Origin: Geosiphon pyriformis uo1
Taxonomy: Eukaryota; Fungi; Glomeromycota
DNA: 64,000 bases
NCBI GenBank assembly: GCA_016748015.1
Contig: JAAOMT010000039.1
Location: forward strand, 152,259 to 216,258
Direction: 5' to 3'
The first letter of the stretch is position 1; the number at the start of each line of letters is the position of its first letter. The notes under the pieces were generated by a model that was not told the origin of the DNA, did not search any database, and saw nothing but the letters and a program-made list of their open reading frames with translations. Shown in pieces: positions 13,435 through 26,986 of the stretch. The position numbers and the translations under genes were made by a program.

Positions 13435-14943
13435 ATGGCGCCCCAAAAACTCCTTCACGCTTTATCTCGAGACTTCGGGACCTTATTGAATAACGAAATA
13501 TTCGTAGATGTTAGGATTATCATCGGTGATGGTTCTAATACTAAAACTTTTCATGCTTATTCGCCGATTTTAGCAGCAAGATCCTCCTATTTTGCTGTAG
13601 CACTCTCTAGTAATTGGGTTAAAAGAGAAAATAACACCATCATCTTCTCTAAGCCTAATATTTCACCACAAATGTTTGAGATGATACTTCGGTAAGTTTA
13701 GTTTGCTTAAAATATACTTGCTAATATTTTATTCATACATTTGATTATTGTTTTATCTAGATATTTGTATAGTGGTGAAATATCTCTTAAGGAATACGGA
13801 GTACCTATAATATTAGAATTGCTTGTTGCCGCCGATGAGCTTATTATGGAAGATCTAATTAGCCACCTTGAAGACTATCTAATTAAACAACATGAAGAAG
13901 AGTTGAAAGAAAACTTTTTCACTTTACGTGAAACATCCAATAGGCATGAATCTTTTAAAAAGCTCCAAGATTTTTTTACCAACATAACTGCTAGAAATCC
14001 AGCTGCAATCTTTAATTCAAAAGAGTTCACTAACCTCAACAAAAGTGCTTTAGCTTCAATTCTATGCAGAGATGACCTTAATTTAGAAGAATCTCAAATA
14101 TGGGAAAAGATTATAGAATGGGGAGTTGCCAAATCGGGTAGCAATATTAAAGCAGAGGAAATTCTAAATTGGACAAATGAAAACTTTGAGGCCTTTAAGG
14201 AATCAATTGAAGAGCTTCTACCTTTAATACGGTTCTTTCATATATCCTCAACTGTATTCTATCACAAAGTAAAGCCATTTGGAAGAATTTTACCTAAAAC
14301 TTTATATCAAGATCTTTTACATCATTATCTAGTACCGGGTAGTCAGCAAAAATCTGTAGACGCTCAGCCATTTCGCCTTCAACTAGATATAGAATCGAAG
14401 CTTCTTTATTTGCATAATGTGAGGCAGCTTGATCACTGGGTTCAGGACAAAGATAACAATACTCCTTTTCAAAACCAACTTGGAAATAGTTTTGACTTGT
14501 TACTTCGAGGCAGTCGAGATGGATTTACCCCAGGTGATTTTCATCGATTATGCAATCACAGAGGATCCACAATTAGTGTTATCAAAGTGAAAGAAACTGG
14601 TCAACTGATTGGTGGATATAGTCAAAATCCTTGGGCTTCTTGCAATAGTTGGATATATGGAACAGAAAGTTTTATTTTTTCTCTCGGAGATGGCAAAGCT
14701 GAAAATGCTAAACTTAGCAAATCAATTAACGAACGGGGACCTTTTGATAAATCAACTTATGGACCCTATTTCGGTATGCGTAATATTGTAATAGGCGGTA
14801 GTGATTTTCAAAATAGTCCTGGATGCTATTGTCATAATGATTCATCATATGAGGATGTAATAATGCCTGGTTCTGAAAATGAACGAGTGTCCTTCTTTGT
14901 TGAGGAGTATGAAGTTTTTAAAATCAGCGAAATACGTTATTGA
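13435..14943 (+). CDS. BTB/POZ-BACK-TLDc domain protein (~479 aa; exons 13435-13691, 13761-14943)
   Basis: A GT-AG intron at 13692-13760 joins the frames (MILR|YLYSG). BTB: DVRIIIG...FHAYSPILAARSSYF. BACK: RDDLNLEESQIWEKIIEW. TLDc: LLLRGSRDGF...FHRLC...IGGY...YGPYFG...EEYEVF. Confidence 0.93.
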
Positions 14944-16229
14944 GTTTTATACAATTCATTTTGCATTTTCTAAGCTATATATTAAATGGGGCTCTTTATT
15001 ATTGTAATTTGCATTAGTAGAGTTATCCATAGCTTATTGATTTAAATCCCAAAATAAAGATATACAATTGAATATAAATATTATTTCACTTATCTTTATT
15101 TTACTTTGTGAAGTCTGCTATTAAAAACCTATCTTAAAACTTATATATAATCTTTAAATTTCATAAATTTATACAATTGGCTCAATAATATTAAAAAAGT
15201 TCCTACTTCTTTAAAATATAGTTTTAAATCACTATAAAGAATGAGAGTTATTATTCGAGTTTTTACTAAGTAATGAGTGATTCTCAAGCCAAATGTAACT
15301 CGAAATTTCAATTTGTTCATTCTTCCCCTTTGAATTTAAATTGACAAAGAATCAGAATATTTTTCTATTGAGCTTGCCCATATTCATCAGAAAATACAAA
15401 TCAAAATAGTTTTCAGACCTTCGTAATATCATATGTGTTACCCTATTCCTCCGAAACATTTTTCATATGATGAAATTAAATTTAATGAATCAAATTTAAG
15501 CCAATAAATTATTCAAATTCAATAATGCTTTTAAATAAAGCACCTTTTTATCATTTATATTAATATTCTACTCGAAAAGAAGAAATTTATTTTGACTCAT
15601 TTTTTTATGTTACATTATAAGTTCGACAATATGTACCATTCAATTCTTATTCTTTTCTAAATAATGAGAAACTTTCATTGAAATATTATTTTATAATTTT
15701 TATAGTTTTCCTTAAAGTATTTAAAGTATAAAGGTATAATTTAGAATACTTACAAACTAAAAAGAGTTTTTCAATAAGATCATTTCAATTATTTAACTTC
15801 TAACAGTCGTAATCTTAAAAATAATAATAATAATAAAAGTATAACCTTTATTATAACGTATTTAACTTTAATTTCAATTTCATATTACTTTTTTAACTTA
15901 TACTTAGAAATGTGTGTTTATGTTGATATTATGTGACGAAATTTGAAAGTCATAATATGTAATCAATAATTATATAAATTGAAATTACATGTTAAAAGAA
16001 ATTAAAATTTTGATATTTTTTTTAAGGATATCTGAGGATTGATATAACAATATTCTATAAAATAATCATTTCTTGATATTCCTCAAAAATAATTAGAAAT
16101 TCAGATTTTAGAGTTATTATTAAAAATTGTTTAATTTATTAGTAGTCCCAATGTATTTTTTAATCTATATTGTTCTTTTTTGGAATACTTAGACCTATCT
16201 ACAATATAATCCTTCTTTTTATTGATAAA

Positions 16230-17070
16230 TAACAACTCATTTATGACATTCAAATTATATTTTTTATTAAAAAAATTTCAACTTCATATTTATTATAGTA
16301 ACACATCTTTTTGAAAACTTACAACAAACAATAATTTAATATTTATGGTAAAAGAAATCTAAGAAATAGAGAATAATTTTTTTTAATACATAATATGATT
16401 GATAAAAATATAATATTTTAATTTTATTTCAAAAGGATAAATCATTATTTATTTTAATAGTTTTAATATTTTAAATCATCTTGACTGAAATTTACTATAT
16501 GAATCATATATCTAATTTCTTTTAATAAAGAATAATGGTAAGAACATTTAGGTCTTTTAAATATTATTCTGATAAATAAGAAAATTTAATAAAATACGAA
16601 AATTTGTAAAAATGAGTGATTCTTTTCCATAAAGATTTTATGCTTTGGTAAGTGATTTTATTTTTAGAAATATCATTTATATAAAAAGGTTGATTATAAT
16701 ACTTTAATAAAATATGCATTATAGAAAAAGACTAGTAAATAAAATTCTTTTTGCTTTATTATATCTAATTGAAAAAACATTTAAAATTTCCTAGAAATTT
16801 TTAATAAATTATAGGATGTAATATTCCATATTTCTTTAATTAGACTTTGATTAAATTTCATTAAAAACTTTTTATCTACATTATTGAAAAAACCTTGTTA
16901 AAATATCATCATTCTTTTCGGTACAAAGTAATTTTTATCTTAGCAAAGAAGTTATAAAAGCATGAAGTCTTAATATTTAAAGCTTATATTATTATAATAT
17001 TGCATACATTTTTCTACAAAAAGTATTTTCTATCATGTCAAAGTACTCATTCATATTTTTCTTAATCAAG
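16230..17070. repeat. Dispersed repeat family, copy 2 (more AT-eroded)
   Basis: Colinear with 11520-12226 and 51530-52686; shares tatgctttggta.gtgat with copy 1. Confidence 0.75.
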
Positions 17071-17119
17071 GATTTTAACTATCAATATTTTGTTTTAATG
17101 ACTGATGTTGATCTACTTA

Positions 17120-17262
17120 AGGACCGGGAACTAGTCCAGCCCTTCTTTATATATCCGAATACCCCCTCCCAAATCTTATTACTAATTAACCGAATTAGTA
17201 AGCCGACTAGAATATTCCGGCATATTCAGCGAGTATTCCTGATACGTCGCGAACTCGTGACA
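17120..17262 (-). mobile_element. Probable truncated LTR fragment
   Basis: A CpG-rich island in AT-rich DNA. The - strand begins TGTCACG (LTR-type TG start) and contains TATATAAA. No partner LTR or internal domain was seen. Confidence 0.45.
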
Positions 17263-19170
17263 CATAGAATGCATTTTTTATTATCATTAATATAAATTAA
17301 GATAAAATAATTAATTTTGAAAATATTATTAGATCTTTTTATGACATGAAAAAAAATTTTCAAGTTGTTTTAAAAAAGATTATTCATATTATTATCATTA
17401 TTTTTCGAATGATATACAATTATTTATTTTATTCAAAATATTAAATCGGAATTAAATAAACTGATAAAATATTTTTAACCCTTTTTTTAAAAAAACGTTT
17501 TAAAAATCAAAAATATATATTAAAATTATTGTTTGCTAAGAAATATTACATTTTATTTATTTATTTATATAATCTTTAAAAAATAATTTTAATTAAAAAA
17601 TGAAATTGTAAATGTGACAAATAAACATTAAATTAATTATGATTTAGAGTTGTAATTATGTGACAATAAGACATTTACATTAGTAATAATTTATTGTAAT
17701 ACTTTTATTGCCAATATAAATTATTGTTATCATCTTTTTATAATTGTTATAAATATTAATAATTTTTTAAAATATAAACTATTTTTATATATAAAATTAA
17801 TTAATTAATTAATTAAAAGATTATATTGATTAATTGAAAAAGGAATTAATTAAAAGAAAAATAATTATTGAATATAACAAAATAAAATTTTTTTGAGAAT
17901 TAATTTTGAAGAGATAATTAAATTTTAAAAGTATATTAACAATTTAAAGCTTAAATAAAAGTATTATTAACAACTTTTATTGATTTATTTTAAAAAAAAA
18001 TTGAATCAAATGTCAATTACTAAAATTCTATTTTTTTTAGAGTATATTTTCATATTTTTAAATTTTCTTTCCATTATTTCAACGACACGTGAATAAATAT
18101 TTTTTACAAGAATTTAAACCAATATGGTGGTGATTATATTAATACTATTTTCATTTATTCAATAAATCAAAAAGATCACATTAGTCATGTTTTGCTTTGT
18201 TTTAAAAACGAGTTGATAAAACTTTGAAGTTCCCAAATTTAAATTACTTTCAACACAATTCACTTTACAGACAAACTCGATTACAAGATATTTAAATTTT
18301 TTTAAATTTTTGAGGAAATCAGTTCCATTGTTACTTGCAGTAAAAATTATTAATTTTCATTTCATCTGCGACAAGCTGTGTTACAGCATCAAATTAATGA
18401 ACGTGGAGATGTAGAAAAACAAAGAGAAAAATATGTGCTTACTAATAAAGTAAATACCATACCAGAACTTTACATTCAGTTTTATTCTAGTTTCTTTTTT
18501 TGCTTATTGGTCTATACTTAGTTTCACAAATCTTGTCCATAATTGATTTAATGGGAAAAATATGTAAAGATCAAACAAAAGGGATTGAAATAAAAAATTT
18601 ATTTCCATTGTTGTGATTAAAAAAAAATTTATATTGGAACTTCAAGAGAAACTATTTAATTAAAAAAAGAATATTTATATTTATCTGAACTTGTGATGAA
18701 AACTTAATAAAAATTCATTAACCAAAATCTTTTACATTTATAATATGAAAGGTATAAAATATAAAACGGAAATTTTATAAAGATTATAAAATTAAAATTG
18801 TTAACTATTTTTGCATCAAATAAAATTATCAAGGAAAGCAAAACCTGCAAAAGAAATTTAAAGGCAATAAATATTAACAAGAAATTTGACACTTTTTTGC
18901 TGATAAAGTGGTATTTTTGAAAATTAATTTTATTCTATCATCCCTCAGCATCAATTAATCTAATCATACTGCTATAAACATTTTACTTTTGTTAAAATTC
19001 AATTCAGATAAATTCCTGCCAAAATTTTTCTTAAAAGTTCAGATTCAACTTTAAAATTTAACCTATCAAATATTATCTTTAGTTCCTGACTAAGGAGCTA
19101 TATGAACTATCTTTTTTGCCAAATTGAACTGAATATTGGCCTCATTTTTAATACCCCATATTTCTATGGT

Positions 19171-20046
19171 TCAAATGAATTTTTTAATACTAGAGGGCGA
19201 AGATATCCCCCCAAATTCCATTAATCGCATGTGGAAATCATTGTACTCTCTGAACTCGGATCTTTCATGAAAATCGTAATGATGCTCTTGCTTTTCTTTA
19301 CGATCCCGCCCCACAATTTTTGAATCAATAGATCTACTGCTTGAAGATTTTGATTGAGATTTCACTATTTTTACTTTCTCATCAACTTGATTATTTTTTT
19401 CCAAAAAACTTTTCCCATTCTTATTGCCTCTGGGTGGGCTTTGATTACGCTTTGCCATATTATGATTAGATCTTGAATTTAGGTTTGGATGTTTCTCATC
19501 AAGATTCTTGAACAAATTCAATCTTTTCTCGTCAATATTTAAAAAACTTTTCTTCCTTTGATTATGAAATTCATTCACGCTACTACTACTCTTCTCAGAT
19601 TTCTCAATTTGACAAGGTTTTTTCTTATCTTTTTTATGCTCTATGGAAGCCTTGATACAATCTTCGCATGGGCACTTTAAAAATCCATCATTGTCAATAA
19701 TGAATCTCTCGTCTTCATCTGATGCCCTGATGTGAACACCATACCATTGTTCATTTATTAAATCAAATATTTTGTGATTTCCTGGGAGAGTTCGCTTTAT
19801 TGGTTTCAAACGATACTTTTTTTCCATGATTAAAGTGATTGAGTCGATAAAATTTCCAAGTCCAAGAACGGCTTCCTCTTTATTACCATCAACTCCATTC
19901 AGTAATTTTTTAACACTTTCAATAACAGAAAGACGTACACATGGTGGGGTGATTTCGGAGCGAAGAAAATCAAATTCTTTTTTAAAAATTTCATCTTTGA
20001 CTGGTTTTGAAAATTGGTCGAAATTATTGGATATTCTTTGAGCCAT
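19171..20046 (-). CDS. Hypothetical protein (291 aa), single exon
   Basis: Long open ATG-initiated ORF in AT-rich context, with a CPCEDC motif and a basic, low-complexity C-terminal half. No family recognised. Confidence 0.7.
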   Translation of the reverse strand: MAQRISNNFDQFSKPVKDEIFKKEFDFLRSEITPPCVRLSVIESVKKLLNGVDGNKEEAVLGLGNFIDSITLIMEKKYRLKPIKRTLPGNHKIFDLINEQWYGVHIRASDEDERFIIDNDGFLKCPCEDCIKASIEHKKDKKKPCQIEKSEKSSSSVNEFHNQRKKSFLNIDEKRLNLFKNLDEKHPNLNSRSNHNMAKRNQSPPRGNKNGKSFLEKNNQVDEKVKIVKSQSKSSSSRSIDSKIVGRDRKEKQEHHYDFHERSEFREYNDFHMRLMEFGGISSPSSIKKFI

Positions 20047-21779
20047 ATTTTAGAAAAACTTTTTAATTGTATGGGAAATATTATTTGAAGAGAAATAAAA
20101 AACAGAGAGTTGTTGTATTTAACAAGGAAAACAATGGTGCAAATTTAACCCAAATATATAAGTCCTTTCGAAAATATATCATCCTTCAGGTCGACTGAGT
20201 TTACAAGTTATTTTTAATTATCTGTAACATATTTACTCTTTTTGTCTAATCAATAGTCTCTCACAATCATACATGTCATATATTAGTCAGAATAGAAAGA
20301 TTTTGAATGATTTGGAAATTAATAGGGTTGCAAAAAAATTTCGGTCAATGATCAATAATCTAAGAATCCCATTAATCAGCTTTAAATGATATTGAATTTC
20401 AATACTAGAAATAAAAAATTTAGTTTGATTATCTTATTATTATCAATAAACTATATTCTACGAGTATTCGTCTTGGAATCTTAAATTTTTTTTCACGGGA
20501 TTTGAACTTTAAAAAAGGTACAAGAAAAACATTTCTACGTATTTGGAAAATAAGTATCTTTTTGAGAAACGTTTCACTTTGCAATTCTTTTAAGTATAAT
20601 TAAGTATTTACATAATACATGTAATTTATAGTTGAAAAAAAAAAAATTCCAATATCGTATGATCTTTGCTTTTTTACTATTACTTCAAAAAAGAAAAAAA
20701 AATAATTAATTTTATTACATGGTTTCAGCTTTCAAAAATTTATGATCCCAGAATTAAATTAGCCATCATTTGTTTATGTTAAAGCCCCACTTTCAAATCG
20801 AAATGAGGAAATAATATTATCAGGTTTTTTATTTAAAAGTTTCATATATTTTAGGTTTTCTTTTCACGTATTTTCACATAAAATTCTCAACCCCCCATCC
20901 CCTAATAATATATAAAATTAGGGAAATGCATGAAACCTATTAATTCCTTGTCTTTATATGTTATAATGTCCTTGTTATGTAACGAATCCAATTAAAATTA
21001 TTAATTGACGGTTTGCAGTATACATTTTATCATTTTTTGTGAACCTCTCACTAATGATCTGTTAATCAATAGGGAGTTGTTATCTCATACACCCGTGACC
21101 CTTTTCTCTTACTGAAGACCTGCATATGCTAAATCGTGAATATTATTTCCATTTTTGGACTACAGGTAAAAAAAAATTTAGATGATGTCGCGTATACTAC
21201 TGAATCTTCTTTTAGTTAGGGAAACAAAGGATTTAATCCATGATAAAACAAAGATCTCAATTATCACAAATTACATAGAAAGAATTCCCGAGCTTTTATT
21301 ATACAATCACTCACCCAGGCTAATAAAGAAATAAAGAAAGAAAGAAAGAAAGAATTAATAAAATTGATGTTACCCCACTGTACCTCAATCAATGACTATG
21401 AGTAACTTAATTCTCACAGAAGGATAACTCAAAGATAAAAACTCATAGAAATATTAATTTCTCAAAACTGCTTTTTACTTATTCTTGATCAGGTATCAAA
21501 AGCGAAGAGATTTCCCACACACAGTTTTTCATTACCATTCGAACAACCTCCTGGGGATTCTCTTCTTTACATTTATTGTCGCCTTGTTTCTTTGCCAATT
21601 CATTTTTACACCTCTTTTATTTCCTCATGCATACTTTCACCCGCTATTTTTAAAACATAAATATATTCGTTTTTTTTTTCTTTTTGAAAAGAATTCCTGG
21701 ATATCTTATCAGCCAGGGAAGAGAAAAATAAACGAATACATACAGACCATAAAACCACCTGAATAAATTCAATACAGCA

Positions 21780-23140
21780 ATGGAAATGAGCAATGCCACA
21801 GAAACAGTAATTTCGACGATCCTAAAACATTGTGACTGGCGCATAGAGATCTATAATTGTCAAAATTCTGGTTTCTGGACAACAGAGGTCGTCTTTTCGC
21901 TCGTCACATTTGGAATGTTGACATTGAGCGGTCTATTCATTTTTGCATACCGATTTCGATACATGTGGCAAGGTTTATTTGTAGAGCATGGTGGTGTAGG
22001 GATAAGACCATTACCAGTTGATTGTCTATTGTTATTTTTCACCATTGCTGCTTTGCTACGGACGGGACATTGCGTTTTTTTGTTGTTGGATTTGTATACA
22101 ATGTTCTGGCAACGAGAACTCGGGCAAGAATTGGCAGCGACCTTCTTGAGTTTTGGGAGTGTTACCTATCTTGTGGGTAAGCATTATCTATCAATTTTTA
22201 ATCATCTTTTAAAGACTAGAAAAATAATTATAAAACTTAATATTAATTTAAATTTCAAAATTCTTCAGGAATTATATATACAATTCCGGTTAGCTATACA
22301 TACGGGACATCTGGCATAGTCTCACTGGGAAGCTCAGCTGAAAAAAGTTCTTTAAATCTTAAATCCCACAAATTATTCATCCCAACCCCAGTACAACTTA
22401 ATGTTTGTCTGGCATTCTGGTGTTTTTGGCCTTCCCTCATTGCTCTTCCATGTGCTATTCTATCTGGAATTTCAAGAGATCAAGGAAACCTTATAGCAGC
22501 AGAAAAATTTATTACTGCAAAATATGCATTGGACTTTGTTTTTAGCATGAGTTTTTCTATAATCACGGCTTATTACGGGGTTAATTTTATTATTATTCTT
22601 CAAAGTACCATGAGAAAATTTGAAAGAAACTCGGTGGCCTTTGGTAGATTACAATCTAAGCTAACGCCCAATCCCACAAGGAAAGCTTTCTATCGGCTCA
22701 AATACACAATGACTTATCTATTTTTCATGTTTGCTTTCACCGGGCCTTGCTGGCTTCTATGGGGTATCTCTCATCAACAAATTGTGTCTACAGTGAATGG
22801 TCTCAACATCTTCCTTTCCATTATGTGGTATATCACGGGGCCACAAGGAATGATTGCCGTGTGCCAATACTTGCTTGCTAAACGCATTTACCAGATAACC
22901 TTCTCGGATGGCCATCCATCATCTATAAGTTCTGTGCAAACTCAACTAACATATGCTGATTTGACCAATCCACATACCCCAACCACACCATCAATGATAA
23001 AGCCGGCAGTGATAAAGGTTGATAATAGAGTTGATATTGAAATAAGGACTGTTGATAACTATAGTTCTGAGACGAATAATCATTGGGGAATGACTATGCC
23101 TGACTTTTCTGATACGGTGCCATACCATTCATCTGTCTAG
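21780..23140 (+). CDS. Seven-transmembrane GPCR-like protein (~422 aa; exons 21780-22176, 22269-23140)
   Basis: A phase-1 GTAAG...CAG intron restores the frame (YLVG|IIYTIP). Seven hydrophobic segments, a short Cys-containing N-terminus and an S/T-rich tail. Confidence 0.85.
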
Positions 23141-25468
23141 ATTCGAAAAGGCATCAATTTGTGAAAATTAAGGAGACTTGAATCCCTTGGACAAAAAAAC
23201 TTTATAACTTTTTGTAATTATATATTCCACAGAATTTCAACACATACAAATAGATTTAACTTTGTACAGCTCATAGATCATTTTTACTTCATCCCAATTC
23301 ATTTGTTATATATGCTTCAAACCATTGACTTTCCCAAACTATCATATCATTTGCATTTTTTCATCATCATTCCCTTAATTTCTGTTAATCCCAAATCCAC
23401 ACAATAATAATTTTAAAAAATGGTGTATACTTTTCATTTTTTCCTTCGTTTCACTTGAACTTTTCATTCTTGTATATACAGTCAATCTCTGGACCTATTT
23501 TATGAACCAAACATTTAGCAAAATAGTAAATTTTCACTTTTCAGAATGAGGCAAAAAGTGAAATAGTCGTGTTAAAGGACGAAACTTAAATTTTTAATAA
23601 TCTTAATGTTTGAATTGGTTTTGACTCGATAAAACCAAAGTCAATTCATTTTTTTATGAAATCCTTTTAATTGTGACAGTTACTTTAATTTAATTATTTC
23701 TAATGTGACAATGAGTTTAATTCAAAAAAAATAAAAACTACAAAAAAATCAAGTTCAAATGATTCTATCTTGTAATGAATTTAATATTGCAGCAAGAACC
23801 ACGTTGACGTTGTGTAACAACAAAGAATAAATAATAATGTTATTTTGAGGTTTTTAAAATTTCATTGGGTGGGCGCGTTTATTATAACCAGTTAGTTCGG
23901 TTAAAGACATCAAAACTGACGCGATCAAATATTTTTAATTACAAATTTATTCTTTATCAATGGCACTTTTTTCTTTAATTTCAAATTATAAATTCTCCAT
24001 TTCAGGATTATTTTTTTTCTAAAGTATAAAAATAATTTTTAAAGGAGTTCCAAAACAAATTCTTGGAGTATAGAGTTCTGCTCTTTTATATTATCCTAAA
24101 AAATATAAAAGAAAGAAATTTACTAATTAATTTATTAATTAATGCAAAAGAGAGAAAATTTTTTTATTATATCTGTTTAATCTGTAGGAATTATATATAT
24201 ATATATATCTATATATATATTGTAATTATTTATCAAATATTAAAAACATTTGATAAAAAATGATTTTTCTTTTTTTTAGAATTTATAACAATATATATAA
24301 AAAGATATCAACAGGATGTTTATTGATAAAAATATGATTATTGCTTTAAAAAATGGTTTATTAAAATAAAAATTTTTAATAAATATTAATTAAATTATAT
24401 AATTAATTATTTTTTTACTCATTTTCAAATGAACTTAAAAATTTAATTTTAATCAATTTAAAAAATTATTTTTATTTTATTTTATTGGTTTCATAATAAT
24501 TGGAATTAAGTTCTTATTTTATAATAATTTTTATATATTAATTATATATTACTTAATTTTTTCTAATTATTAGTTTTTTAGTGTTAAGAAAATATTATTT
24601 TAAATAATAATCAAATTAAAAACTATTTATTGACTATTATTTTTATGTATTTTCATAAATAACTAGAAATAATAATAAAATATTAAGTTTTATAATTCCT
24701 TAATTTTTTTTTCAATTGAATAAAATTTTAATATTTTTATTTATTAACATTTTAAAATATTTTAATAAATAATAAGTTAAAAATAAAATGAATAATGTAA
24801 TACTATTGTTTTTAAATCAACTAAAATTTAAAGGTTTTAATTTTTTATTATATATAAAATAATATTTTAGCAATATCAATTTTATAAATATTAAATTAAT
24901 TAATTTAAAAGATTAAAAATTTATGTTTTAATAAGCATTAATATTTTTAATAATTAAAAAAGTTTTATTAAAAAAATTGAATTAAATAAAATTAAAGCTT
25001 TTTATTTATAAAAACAATAATTTATTAATCTTAAATTTTTAAGTTAAAATATAATATATTCAAACAAAAAATTAATTCGAAAATTAAAAATTAAAAATAA
25101 TATTTGTAATTTCAATAAAAAAAACAAATTAAAAACAAAATTTATTTTTTATACAAGTTATTTATTTTAATAAATTGATAATTTTTGTATTAAATAAAAT
25201 ATTTAATTTTATTTATTATTAATAATAGTTAATTAATTAAATTATATTTTTTAAAACAATATTTTTATTACTTTTAATTTGATAATAGGTATTAAAATAC
25301 CAAAAAATATTTAATTTCAAATTTTAATAACATATTTTTTAAAATATAAATTTTTAATTATTATAGTAAATATTTTATTCAAAACAAATATTCTTAATTA
25401 TAAAATAAGCAATTTTATATCAAATTATCAATAGAGTTTTAAATTTAAAAAATAAGAAATAAGTTTTT

Positions 25469-25540
25469 ATTTAAAAAACAATTTTTTGTTTCTTAATACA
25501 TTAAAAACAATTTTTTGTTTCTTAATACATTAAAAACAAT
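25469..25540. repeat. Tandem duplication, ~29-bp unit, about 2.3 copies
   Basis: ttaaaaacaattttttgtttcttaataca repeated. Confidence 0.85.
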
Positions 25541-26986
25541 ATATATACAACTATTTATAATTAATTTAATAATAAAAATAATTTATTAAATATTAAAGTA
25601 TTTAATTCAATATTTAATAATAATAATAATAATTTAATTGTTATGTTAAATATGTAAATATTAAAAAATTTAAAATAAATTTAAAATAATTAAATCTAAA
25701 TATAACACATATATTTTTTATTAATTATAATAAGTATGTATTATAATTTTTAATATTTATTTATAATTTGTTATTGAAAAAATTGGCAAAAATTACAACA
25801 ATAAAATTAAATATTATAAATATTTTTATTATATTTAATTAAATTTTAAACTAATTAGAAATTTAATATATAAACTTTTCATTTTATTCTATTTTTATTA
25901 TTATTTATAACTCAAAAATTTTTTTGGTGTTCAATAGCATTAATCTTAAATAAATTTAATTTTGTTATAAATTTCAATTAAATTATATTAATTATATATA
26001 TTAATTAATAAATTATAAATAAATTTTAAGTGTTTTGAAAATGATTTATTACTTTTTTTTATAATTGCTTACAACTTAATCGTCATACATTAGAAGTGGA
26101 TCGCACGGCACGTGACCAGTTACTCACACATTAATGTTTATATCTAGTTTAAAAATAAAATTTATTTATATTAATAGAATTTTTAAAAAAATTAATTCAA
26201 AAAAATTAATTTTCTATTATATAATATTTGTATTTTTGATTAATTATTAATTTAATAATAATAAATTTGAAATAAAAAATAATATTAATCAATTATTATT
26301 AAGTGTAAATATTATATTTTAACATAATTGCAAATGTATTTAGACTTTTTATGCTTAAAATATATATAGTTTTTTTGAAATCCGTTCTCATTAGTTTTTG
26401 TTTTTCACAATTTGTTACTTTTTTCTTTGAAATCATTGAAATTGAGCGTAAATTAAAAATAGTGGGACAAGCCTAATTTTAATCTAAAAGTTTAATTTCT
26501 GATTATATTCAAATATAAATTTTGTCACGTGTTAATTTAATGTCTATTTATATAATACACAATGTTATTGGCCGATTCGGCGATTTATATATCAACCATT
26601 AATTATCAAGAATTCTTGGGAACGAGATTTTCAAAATTTACCTTGTAAATAAAATAAATGGCACAATGGTCGACTTCTCTACTTATATTATTCTTTCCTT
26701 TCGATGACCCCATTTGTTGGTTGGACAAAAAGCTTTTTTTTAGTTACATCATGCAGAATTCAGGCAATAAATAGAAATATGTGTGACGTTTCTCCATTAT
26801 GCACCACACAAGTCTTTTTCGTTTCCCTTTCATGAGGAACAAAATATCGAATTTCCCCAAACTCTCTTTTTACTCCTCGACGTTGTTTACGCTACAACTT
26901 TAATCACTTTTTTTCACATTTCAAAAAAACTCAACCCACTGATTCAAATTTCACTCGCTCCATGTTTTAATTCATTTAACCATTAA

